From assembly GCA_012026655.1 (NCBI GenBank), contig JAAILG010001178.1:1-64000 (forward strand): DNA of 64,000 nt, in the 5' to 3' direction. Below, one piece after another: positions 12,301 through 24,300 of this stretch; positions within the stretch are counted from its first letter, which is position 1, and each line of letters begins with the position of its first letter. The stretch comes from Hydrolagus affinis. Lineage: Eukaryota. The position numbers and the translations under genes are program-made. The notes beneath the pieces are model-generated. The model worked only from the letters and a program-made list of their open reading frames with translations. It made no database searches and was not told where the DNA came from.

Positions 12301-15300
12301 TGGTACTCATGTATTGACCATAAAAGGTGAAATACTTTGTGGATTCAAATGCAGTTTGCGAAAGAACACTTAAAAAGCCTACTCAGTGAGGTTGTAGCAA
12401 AGGATATTGATTGAGGATCATCACCAGAAAAAAAAAGGGGAGTCAGTTGTAATTCTTGTTTGCAGAGATGGTTGTTGAAATAGGGTGTGCCTTATCACAA
12501 GTGGAATGCATTTAAAAGGTTTATGGCATGGGACATAGTATATAATCTTTTGAGGTACCTGTACTTACCTTCTTACAATCCAATAGCATAATATAATATT
12601 AATATAATATAATATAATTTTCTACTCAGTGATGTACCTGAAATATCCAGAGAACTCATAGAAAAACCAGCTGTTGCTTCAATTAACATATTCCCTGCCT
12701 GAAATGAAGGAGAACCTGGAATGAGTCTTCAGACTTAAGATGCTTTTTTGGTCTAAAAGCATACAACAACAATTTGCATTTATATTGGGCCCTTCGTGCG
12801 AGCAGCATCAAAATGGTGAATCTTACTGAATCTGTTATCCCTTTGCTTCTCTCCTGAATTTACAGTTTAGGGGTTTATCAGATTGATAAACCAACTCTTA
12901 TCCATCAGACATACTGTATTCTTGTCATAGGAGAACCGAGCTCTACTACTAGATTGAATGGAATAATCACAGATAAAAAAGATGCTGAGTTAACAGTTTG
13001 GCATTTTCAACGTTCTGTTCTTGGGAAATATTGAGTTGCAAAGGCAGAGGTCCATCATAGGATACCATTTTCAGAGCTGTGTGACTGCTTTTGATGTTAA
13101 CGACCACTAACACTAAAGAACACTAACACTGATGCCCAATCCTGGTAAATAACTGGTGAACTGGTCCAATTTATATCTGAACCTGCACTCATTTGTGGGG
13201 TGAATGACTTGGGAAAGGTACAGAAAGTCGTAGATTCTCTATTCTATTCTGTTCACAAGCTAAGCATTATTTTAGGCTTTAAAGTGCACTTGATAATCTT
13301 GCCTGGGAAGTTTTCTTTTCGAATCTGGACCACCTATCAGTTCTTCCGGTTTTCTTTAGGATCAGCCTTTCCATATAATCCATCCGTTGTTCTTGAGTTT
13401 TCTGTCTGTCACATTCATTCCTCAAGTATTCCAGTCTGAAATAAGAGGTTTTAGAGACAAATTTCACAGAAGAGACCAGGATCAAGGTATCTCTTTAGGA
13501 AGGGAGACTCACTTTGAAGAGGAGTTAGGCATAGAAACAGTGTTATTTTGTGTAGCAGACAAGACGTCTTGATGCATGTCGAATAATAACAACAATAATA
13601 ATAATTATTGCCCAGCGAGTTTTTCGGATCTGGAATACATTACCTGAAAGGGTAGTGAAAGCCGATTCAATAACAACTTTTAAGAGAGAAGTAGATGGGT
13701 ATTTGGGGAGCACAAGATAATAATAACGATAATAACAATCCTTGCATTTGATATTGCAGAGCTATGGAGAGAAAGTAGGCCAGTGGGATTGAGTTGGACA
13801 GCTCTTTTCGGAGCCAGCGCAGACTCGATGGCCACGTTATTATTGATTCTATAATAATCAACCTTGCATTTGATTTAGCGCTTTTCAAGTCTTCTAGATG
13901 TCTGAAAGCACTTCACAGAATATGCTATAAAGCAATTTGACTGTATATTTGTGGGTGAACATTGCAACAAATTGCGCACAGCAGTGTCCCACAAACAGTC
14001 ATAAATTGAATTACCGATTTATTATTGTTGTTTTGAGGGATTATTATTAGTTAGGCGTGTGGAGTAAGGAAGGTTTGCCCAAGGTTTTGCCCTGCCGGGA
14101 ATCAAACCCAGGTTTCGCATTTGTAAGATGAGTGCTCTAACCACTACAGGACCACAAATGAAATGGTTCGGAAGGTGAAGGGGGCAATGGAGTTAAGGAT
14201 GGAGGAGAGGGAGTTGTGGAGGAAAGGGAGCGAAGAGGGTAGATCGGTTTGCGAGAGGCAGAGGGGTAGGAGTTGTGATGACTTCAGGGCAGCAGAGACG
14301 GAGCGGGAGGAGATATTATTTTACCAACGGAGGTAGTGGTGGTAGAGGGTTGAGTAAGGGGAATTGTATGGGGGTGTAAAAGGAGATTAATTGGTGGACG
14401 GAACTGGCTTTAACGGTGATGGTGATGTCTGAGATGGTGAGAACCCGGGTAATCACCAGCTCAAGATGGTGGCCATGGATGTGGGTGGTGGAGTGGATAT
14501 AGAAAGAGAGGATGAGGGAGGGAGGAGAAGTCAGCAGAGGTAGAGCAGGAGGGGGTGAAGTGGAGGTTGAAGTCACCTAAGATGAGGGGGCATTCAGAAC
14601 AGAGGAAGAGGAAAGACAGGAGGGTGGAGATGTCCAAGGGGAAGGTGGGGGAGGGCTTGGGGGGAACGGTAGACAAGTAGCTAACAACCATACAAATAAT
14701 CCTTTTAATAATCCCTACATTTTGAGTTGGTTCTCTGGACTTTTTTTGGCCCCTTTCTGCTGAGGTTATTCAGTAGTATGAGATGCCGTCTGGCATGGAG
14801 GGCATTGAAGTTGTTGCTGTTGTTGTCCTCGATTCTTCTTGATTTCTCTATCGCCTTCAACACTGTCAATGATGATATCCTTCTCCAGCTACTCTCAGTT
14901 CCACCTTCTTGCTTCTGTCCTCTCCTCTTATTACTCTTATCTATCCCAGTGTTTCTGCTTCATCTCTTTTAATTGCTTCTCCTCCCATTTCCACACTGTC
15001 CCACTGTAGCATTGAGTGGGGCTCTATTCTTAGTCATCCCCTTTTCAACATCTACATGCTCCCACTTGTTGATGTTATCTGCACGCAGTGGTTAATATCC
15101 ACATGTATGTGGATAACACCCAATTCTGTCTTTTTGCCTTCACCCTCAATTCGAGGACCATTGCTTATTTGACGGTTGCCTGTTAGACATCAAGCACTGG
15201 ATGTCAACATAAGGAGCCTTTTCCTGAACTTTACAGTATATTCTACAACATGGTAGGATAGGTTCATAGAATCACAGAATCATAGAATTGTACAGCACAC

Positions 15301-18300
15301 AAGGAGGCCAGTTGGCCCATTGTGTCTGTGTCTGCTCTTTGAAAAGAGCTATCCAAATCAAATTCCACTCCCCTGGTCTCTTCCCTATAACCCTGCAAAC
15401 CAAATAATTATCTACTTCTCTTTTAAAAGTTGTTATCGAATCAGCTTCCATCGCCCCATCACCCTTGATTCTCCCGACATAAAAGGTAGGCACTGTATCA
15501 AATTAAAGGATTTTAAACATTATTTGGCTGCTGTAAACAACAATTTGGTATTGACAATTTGACATTGGGGGTAAATTTGGATGAGCAGGAAATATAAACA
15601 GGAGTGGGAGATACCTGACTGTCAGTGTGAATCCTAAGGCAGACAGAATCTAATGCGTGACTCAATCCAAAAAAGGGATGATGATCAATAAATTCAATAA
15701 TAAATTGTAAACTTTTATGGTGCAGAATGTTGTTAGGAAACATTTTACGCTGTGGTTGCAAAGCAAACCTGAATAAAGATTACAAATACTTGCCTTTTTC
15801 TCGAGTGTATCAGGTTCATGATTTTTGGGGGCACTCTAGTGAAGGTATCCCCAGGGTCAGGTGGTTGCTCCACTTGCTGTTCTCTCTCTTTGCTTAGGGG
15901 GCCCACAGATATGCGTAGTTCTTCAGGCAGGAACTCCGGGTATGGCATGAGCTTGTAGTTAACCACATTACTATATAAGAGAAGTTCAACATCGAAAAGC
16001 ATGGAATGAGGAAGGACCATTCCGTTCCTGAAGCTCAACCCTTTCTGACAAAACATGTACAGCATCTACTCTTTCCTAATTCGTTTAATCTTGCATGAGA
16101 GGCAAATTATTTAGCATTTCCCAGATTTATCCTTGGCACTCTTCTCTGAACTCCCTCCCAGTGTATCCACATCCTTGAAACATAAGTCAAATTTTGCAAA
16201 CAAAATACTAATTTTCACAAGTAACATCCATTGTAATCTCCAGTTTCATGCATCATCTCGCAGTGGAAAAGCCAGTGGAACACAAATTGTTTGTGTGCGC
16301 GTGTGTGTACGTGTGTGTACAGCTTGTAGTTTACAGACTTTGGAGTCCTATAACTCAGTGGCTAGAGCACTCACCTTGCAAGCGAGAGACCTAAGTTAAA
16401 TTCCTGGCAGGGTAAAACCTTGGGCAAGTTTCCTTGCTCCACATACCTGATAATAATCCCTCGAAAAAACCCAATAATAAATTGGTCATTTCAATCCGTG
16501 ACTGTCTGTGGGACACTACTGTACACAATTGGCTGCTGTGTTTTGCCCACAAATATACAGTCAATTCACTTTACAGTATATTCTGTGAAGCACTTTGAGA
16601 CACCTAGAAGATGTGAAAAGTGCTATATCAAATGCAAGGATTATTATTATAAATGCTGGCTTACGAATGTGTTATAATTTGTTAAAGTCACATGGAGTGA
16701 TGCATCAACTGGGTGCTAAGGCCAACTGATTTTTGTGGTCAGCTGGGTGAGTTACCCAAACAGTAACATGTCACTATGTTTAACGTATCCAAACAGACAG
16801 CTCCACATATCTATACACCTACACATAGAACTTTCCCTGTGAGTTGAATGAAGTGTGCATTCTCTCTAGAGGAGTGACAGCCAAGGTTTGGTTGCAACTA
16901 ATTACTGCAGTACCTATACTGTCTTCATCTAATAACCCTCAACGTTGAATGCCTCACATTGGAAATTTTTGAGTACCCACTCCATAATTGGGAGGAGCAA
17001 TCAAATCCATGCTTTTACCTGGATCATCAAAGGAGTAGTTCATATTTATTTTGTCTTCTAGCACAGGATCATTTCTTTAGTACAGTATTGGTAAATGTCA
17101 TTTACTTACTAGATATTGTCTTTCCTATTATCCTGTGGAGGAATTCGGAGGAAGATCGATTGTTCATTGATTTTTTGTTTGTCTTTTTCCTTTTGCTTCA
17201 GCTGATATGAAGAGTAAGCCATTTAAAACATACAGCACATGCTTTGAGGTAACTACATTCCATGCTCATTATAAGGCACTCCTCAGAATTCAAGCATTTT
17301 ACATACAAGTCAATAATTATAATAAAATGTGCAACATATATAAGTGTAAATAATCAATCAATATCCAACAACATTAAGTGAATAATAGAAATACTTAAGA
17401 TGTGGACAGACAGACAAAATTCAACTGTAGGAAGTTAGCTCTCATCCAATCTGTCAGGACAGTGGTAGTCCTGGAGTCGAGGGTAGAGACAAAGAGATAG
17501 AGTTGGGTGTCATCCGCACATGTGAAAGTTAACTCCATGTCTGCGGATGATGTCACCAAGTGGGAGCATATAGATGTTGAAAAATAAGGGGCCAAGGACA
17601 GAGTCCTGGGAGACGCCATAGGTGACAGTGCGGGGGCCGGAAGAGAAACCATTGGTGGTGACAAAGTGTAGGCAATGAGAGAGGTAGGCAAAGGCAGGTC
17701 TGCAGAGATTGAGGAGGGAGGAAAGGCACTGTAGGAAGATGGCATGGTCGACAGTGTCGGAAGGCGGCGGAGAGGTCAAGGAGGACAAGGAGACAGAGAT
17801 GTGATATGAAAGGTGTTATATAAGTGTAATTTTGTTGTTGTATTCTTATGTACTTATTCTGCTCTCCCCCACTTGCTCTGCCTTCTGCTCTATGGTGCCT
17901 TGGTTTGCATTCAGGCCTCCTTCCCCAGACTTCTCCCTCATCCAATGTAATAGGTATATTGTAGCTGTTGGACAGGACCAGTGCCTCTTTCTCTACCTCT
18001 ATGGGTTTCTACTACCATGCTGGCTATCAATCGCACAATCCTGTTCCTCTACCTCTCTATGTGGCTTGGCTATGTTCTGAAGTAAAACGTCCAAATAGTT
18101 CATTCCCTTCCTTCTGGAGTGTCTCTAACACTCCAAATCAAAAACCCTGAGCCAGAATGACTCAAGACTTTCTAGCTTCTACTCTTCTAAAGTTTAGGAT
18201 TATTTTAATATATATTTATATTTACAAGGTTTTAGCTTTGCCTTGTATATTGTTCATTTATTTTCCCCTTAATCTACTTTACTATTAACAATTTCAGGGT

Positions 18301-21300
18301 AAATAGGTAAACAAGTAATTTCACACCTTTAATCCCTTGCTCACACTCCTTAATACTGTACGTAACACCTACTCAACACCTACTGCCTCAGGAATGTGAC
18401 CTTTTGTCTAGGCTCTAGCTACTTTTGTCTTTCCTTTACAAGGACATTGAAACAAGTTCTCACCTGCACCTCCTTCCCTCTCTGCACCAAATTCCCACTT
18501 GCCTAATTGCCTAACAGAATTCTCACTCTGTTCCACGTCACTCAGTCCCAACAACAACAACAACAACTTGCACTTATAGAGCGCCTTTCACATCGGGAGG
18601 ACGTCCCAAGGCGCTGCACAGGAGGCGTGTGACCCGAGCTGGGAGGGGAGTGTTCGGGAGGGGGTAAAAAACGTAAGGGAGGTCGAAGAATTAGGGGGGG
18701 AACAGAAGGCACGGTCGAAAAGGAAAGTCTTCAAACTGGCCTTGAAAGAGGAAAGGGAGAAAACAAAGCGGAGGGATGGAGGGATGGAGTTCCAAAGGGT
18801 GGGAGCGGAAAAACTGAAGGCCCGGCCTTTGATGGTGGGGCGGTTCGGGCGGGGGGCTTGGAGCAGGCTGAACGGAGGGACCGGGTGGGCTTGCAGGGGG
18901 AGAGTAGATCGGAAAGATAGGGCGCGGCAAGGCCGTGTAAGGCCTTGAAGGTGAGGACGAGGATCTTGAACTCGATCCTCTGGGGGATGGGGAGCCAATG
19001 GAGACGGGCGAGGGTGGGGGTTATGTGGTCGCGGAGGCGGGTGCGGGATAGTACACGGGCTGCAGAGTTTTGGATCATCTGCAGCCTGTGAATGGAGGAG
19101 CTGGGGAGGCCAACAAGGAGAGAATTCCCATAGTCCAGCCGTGAGGTGATGTACGCGTGCACGAGTGTTTCAGCAGCTTGGGGAGTGAGATAATTGCGGA
19201 GCCTGGCAATGTTGCGCAGGTGGAAATAGGCAGTGCCGGTCTAGGCGCGGATGTGGGGGAGGAAGGAGAGTTTGGAGTTGAATGTGATGCCGAGGTTCCT
19301 GACTGGCTTTGTGAGGTGGAGAGTACAGCCTCGGATGTTGATGCTGGCAGCGCCTGATGTGCGGAGGCGCTGGCTTGAGCCAATCAGGAGGGCCTCGGTC
19401 TTGCTCATGTTCAGTCCCACTCAGTCTCACGCTGCTGTGCTCTCTGCTTCTTTGCAAGGTTGGCATGTTCATTAAACTCACACTAGTTGGGGATTTCTTT
19501 TCACGGTGATAAATGGTTAAATGGTGCCACAGGTGGACAACACATGATAACAACTGGGTAATGTATTTGCCACACAAGTGATGCTTCCCCCACAAGATTT
19601 TTAACTGGAACATACCTGATGAGAGAAATTGTATCCAAAGCATCCATAGGCAAAGCTTATTGTCAGCTCAAGGTTACAGACATGCTGAAAAATGTAACAC
19701 CATATTATTATTAGAGGAAGTATGACTCTACTCTTCAAACATTCAAACATATCCCTATCTCTGTCCATATCTTGTCCCACACAGAACAAGGTGCTGAATG
19801 TCATGCATCTCATCATCTGCCTCAGTAGATTATTTTCAAGTTACTTGTCCTTAATTTCAAATTCTTCCATAGACATTTTCCTCCCAATCTGTGAAAACTT
19901 TTAAATATCCTACAGTTCAGCTCAGCCCAGCCAACGTCCTCTGCTTTTCTACTTGTGCTCCACTCACTCCTCTCCACCATTGGAAGTCAAGCTTTTAGGC
20001 AGTCCACCTCTCTCTCTCACATGCACACAGTATTATATCCTTCCCAGTGCCACTAAATGAAATACTTACCAAGTTCTTGATCCCCAGTTCATATTGTTCT
20101 GTGCGTGAAACATTCTGAAATGCAAGCAGACAGTTTTATATCAAAAGCAAACATTATATCATTAATATACACTGTCTATGTAATTATAAATGATAAACAA
20201 ATATTGTGTTTTATAGGAACAAGGGTAGACCCTTCAAGCCTGTTCCGCCATTTAATCGGATCATGGCTGATCTGTACCTCAACTAATGCTTTCAATTCCA
20301 CTTTCCCGCTTTATCCCCATATCCTTTAACATCCTGATACCCTGACCCTAATAACCTGGTAAGCCAGCAAGCGGCAGGGACAGGTGTGAGCCAGTGACCG
20401 GCAGGGACTGTCAGGGGCCAGCGAGTGGCAGGGCCTCAAGGAACCCAAGTGCATGGACATTCGAGTGGGAGACCAAGAAGAGACCCAGATAACCCAAGTG
20501 GAAGCCATGGGTTGAAAATTGCAGTCAAGAAAAGGCGGGAGAGGGAGGTCGAGGACTGGCATGGAAAATGTCAAGACTCTACCTGTACAGCACGTGCCAA
20601 GACCACGCTCAAGATGAGTGGTGACGGCAGTGAGGAGAGGTAGAGTCTCAGCTGTTTCAGCCATTTCAAAATTTTCCACCTGAATAACGGCTGAATCTCG
20701 CTGCCGACCATCACTTCCTGCTGCCATTTTGATGGCCGGCCAGCTGGGCAAGGTAGGTATAGTGAACGTCACTTCCTAGCGCCAGTTTCAAATCCAGCAG
20801 GGAAGGTTAAGTACAGTATATTCAATCATCATTCTGCTACCTTGTCCACCCAGTCCCTGGTAAGCCATGACCCTCTCCCACTGTGCTGTCTGGATTCCTT
20901 GATTTGGATTCCCCCACCAGAGGAAATAGCTTTTCTGTATCTATCTTGTCAAATCGCTTTATCATCTTAAATACCTCAGTCAAGTCACCCCTCCACCTTC
21001 TAAACTCAAGGGATACAACCCAAGTTTACACAGGCTTTCCTCATAACTTAACTCTTTTAGACATTCTGGTGAACCTGGGCTGTCACCCACTCCAGAGCCA
21101 ATATATCTTTCCTGAGGTGTGGTGCCCAAAACTGAATGCAATACTCCAGATGGAGTCTGACTAACACTCTGTACAGCTGAAGCATAATTTCTTCCCCTTT
21201 GTATTCCAAACTCATTGAGATAAAAAGCCACCCACCTTTTTGATTACGCTTTGCACCTGGGAATTAGTTTTTAGTGATTTGTGGATATGGAAGGCCAAGT

Positions 21301-24300
21301 TTCTTTGCTGCTCCACAGTTCTTAATTTCTCCCCATTAAGAAAATATTCTGCTTTATCTTTTTTTGGTCCATAGTGGACAACCTCACACTTCTCTACATT
21401 GAACTCCAACTGCCACAGTTTTGCTCACTTACTTAATCTGTCTAAATTCCTTTGTAACTTCCTATTTCCATCTACATAATTTACTGAACCTCCGATTAAT
21501 GTTGTCTGCAAGCTTGGATATAAAACTTTCTATTCCTTCATCTCTATGGAAAGGTTTACTATCTGCACCCTCTCACTGATCATAAATTCTCCTCACCAGA
21601 GGATAACATGGTCTTGATCCAACACTGGTCTTCAACTGGGATAACTTTACCAAAAAATGCCTTCAATCAGCTTGGTAGTCTAGATAGAAACTTGGTCACA
21701 CAGCTCTGCAAAATTATTAGGCGTAAACTCTGGGGTTTACAATGATCCTCTATAATGGTATGGGCCATATGGGCTATTCAACAACAACAACAACTTGCAA
21801 TTTATATAGTGCCCCTTGCACAAAGTAGCGTTCATCTTTCCTTCTACCTCTAGCATGGTCAGCAAGCATCAATTAATGTAAAATTTACCCGAATAATATT
21901 TATCAAGTGGAGTTCAGTGTGACCAAGAAGCCTGTGTAAAGCAGAGTGCCGTTCAATTTCAATCAGCTCCACTGTGATCCTGTTCCTTTCATCATTTATA
22001 CGTCTTGGAACCTAACAAGTTAGGAACAACAACAACAAAATTAAATTTGCATAGTGCCTATCATGTCGGGAATATGTCCCAATGCCCTGAACAGACAGTA
22101 TTCCAGACCTTTTCTGGGAGTAGGGTTTGGGGATGGTGGAGGGCTGGGGGCTTGGGAAGGAGATTGATTGAAGCACAGTCAAAGAGAAAGGTGTTGAGGG
22201 GGGTCTTGAAAGGAGCAAGGGATGGGGAGAGTTGGAGGGACTGTGGATGGAGTTCCAGAGGGTGTGGGCAGATTGACTGAAAGTCTGCGCACCAATGGTG
22301 GGGCGGTAAGGGAGGGGTACGCAAAACAGACTGGAGCCTGCTGAGTGGAGGGTGTGAGTAGGTGGTAGGGGGTTAGGAGGTCGCAGAGGTAGGGGGCAAT
22401 GAGGCCATGGAGGGCTTTGAAGGTGAGAACTAGAATCTTGAACTCTATCCTCTATGTGATGGGAAGCCAGTGGAGTCGAATGAGGGTGATATGGTCACAG
22501 AGTCTAGTACAGGAGAGGACATAATCTGCAGCCTTTGGAGGGAGGAATTGGGGAGGCCGACATGCAAGGAGTTTGCTTAGTCAAGCCTGGATGGTATGAA
22601 TGCATATATGAGAGTTTTGATGGCAGGTGGTGTGAGACAGTGGCGGAGCTGGGCAATGAGGACAAGGTGGGGGAAAGCAGAGTAGGTCATGGCACAAATG
22701 TGGAGTAGAAAGGACAGTTGAAGGTAGAACAAGACGCCAAGATTCCAGACTGACTTAGTGATGTGGAGTGTGCATCGATGGATGGTGATGCTGAGGTGTG
22801 GAGGCTGATGGGAGCCAAATAGGATGGCCTTGGTCTTGTTGATGTTCAATGAAAAAAGTTAGCTTTCATCCAGGACTTGATGTCTGACAGACAATTTTTT
22901 GACTGACTTTCACCTTATGGCTGTTTGTAAGACCTTGTTGGTGCAAATGGCTGTTATACAAGCCTACAAAAACAGTCACCACACTAGCCAGGTTACCTCA
23001 AATGTGATAGGGTACTGTAAAACATTCTTCCTTTACCTATCTTTACCAGTATGGTACCTGGAATGAGGGACTTCAATTATCAGGAGAAGCTAGATAGATA
23101 AGATTATTTTCCTTGGAGCAAAAGAAGCTTAACAGAATTTTTCAAAATTATCAAGGGATTCGATTGGGTGAACAAAGAAAAACTATTTCCACTGGCATGT
23201 GGGTCGGTAACCTGAGAACACCAATTTAAAATAGTTGTTAAAAGAAACAGAGGTAAGCGAGGAGACATTTTTTCACCCAGTGAGTTGTTCAAATCTGGAA
23301 TGCATTGCCTGAAAAGGTGGTGAAAGTCGATTCAATAACAGCTTTCAAGAGAGAAATAGAAAGTGATTTGGGGAGGACAGGTTTGCAGGGCTACGGGGAG
23401 AATGTGGGGGAGCGCGATTGATTTGGACAGCTGTTTTTCAAAGAGCTGGCACAGACATGATGAGCCGAATGGCCTCCTTCTGTGCTGTATAGTTCTATGA
23501 TTCTATGATATCTTGAACATCCAGACTTAGTTTTGCAATGTGCGAGACAATTCTATACCTGAACAACGAAGTACTTGACTTCTTCGAAATGAATAATCAT
23601 TTTGGATTTCTTCAACTTCAAGATATCCTTAACGTGGTGAGGCATCGTACATTTCTGTTTATCCCCTATAGTGATGCGGATCATCAGCTGCATTTTCCTT
23701 CTCAGAACCACTGCAATGGTAAATTCCTTAAAGAAAATAATCCCAATTTTTCAAAGATCCCAGTTATCCTTGAGCAAGTCACTGATTACTTAACGGGTGT
23801 CTCCTTTCATCTGCTCCATGGCTTGCAGTGGGGTCCATAGGCTGTTTGGTGCCGTGCCCACATGAGGAACATGAAAAGACAGGTGGCAAAGTAAAGTGAA
23901 TTCAGAAAAGACTTTAGGTCAATGGTGGTTTGAAGGGAGTGGGTAGTGAGCAATGGGAATAAAGATTATAGTAATGAAGTGATAGTATGAGATGGCCTTG
24001 TCATGGATGGTGAGTCTGAGTTGGTGAAGCCACTCCTCACTCTTGTGTTTAAATGCCTCCACTCCACTCGGCATCCCATATCTCTCTAACCTCCTCTCTC
24101 CTCACAGTACTACCGGTTGCCTCCGCTCTACTGGTCTGGCCTTCTCCTTGTACCCCAAATCCTCTGCTTCACCATTGGCAGCCATGCTTTCAGCCACTAC
24201 GCCCCAAAACTTTGGAACTTCCTCCCTCAACCCCCTTGCATCACCCACTCCTTTCCCATCTTCATGTCGTACATGAAGAGCTTTCTCCACGATGGCGCTT

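Noticed and set aside
12825-13182. Possible further C2CD6 exon(s) in intron 10
   Set aside because: Frames from the candidate acceptors hit stops and no phase-consistent AG/GT pair was found.
15971-16180. N-terminal part of ORF 15745..16065 ([10 protein letters not shown]...) as coding
   Set aside because: The true acceptor is at 15971/15970; upstream sequence is intron and includes a decayed CR1 remnant.
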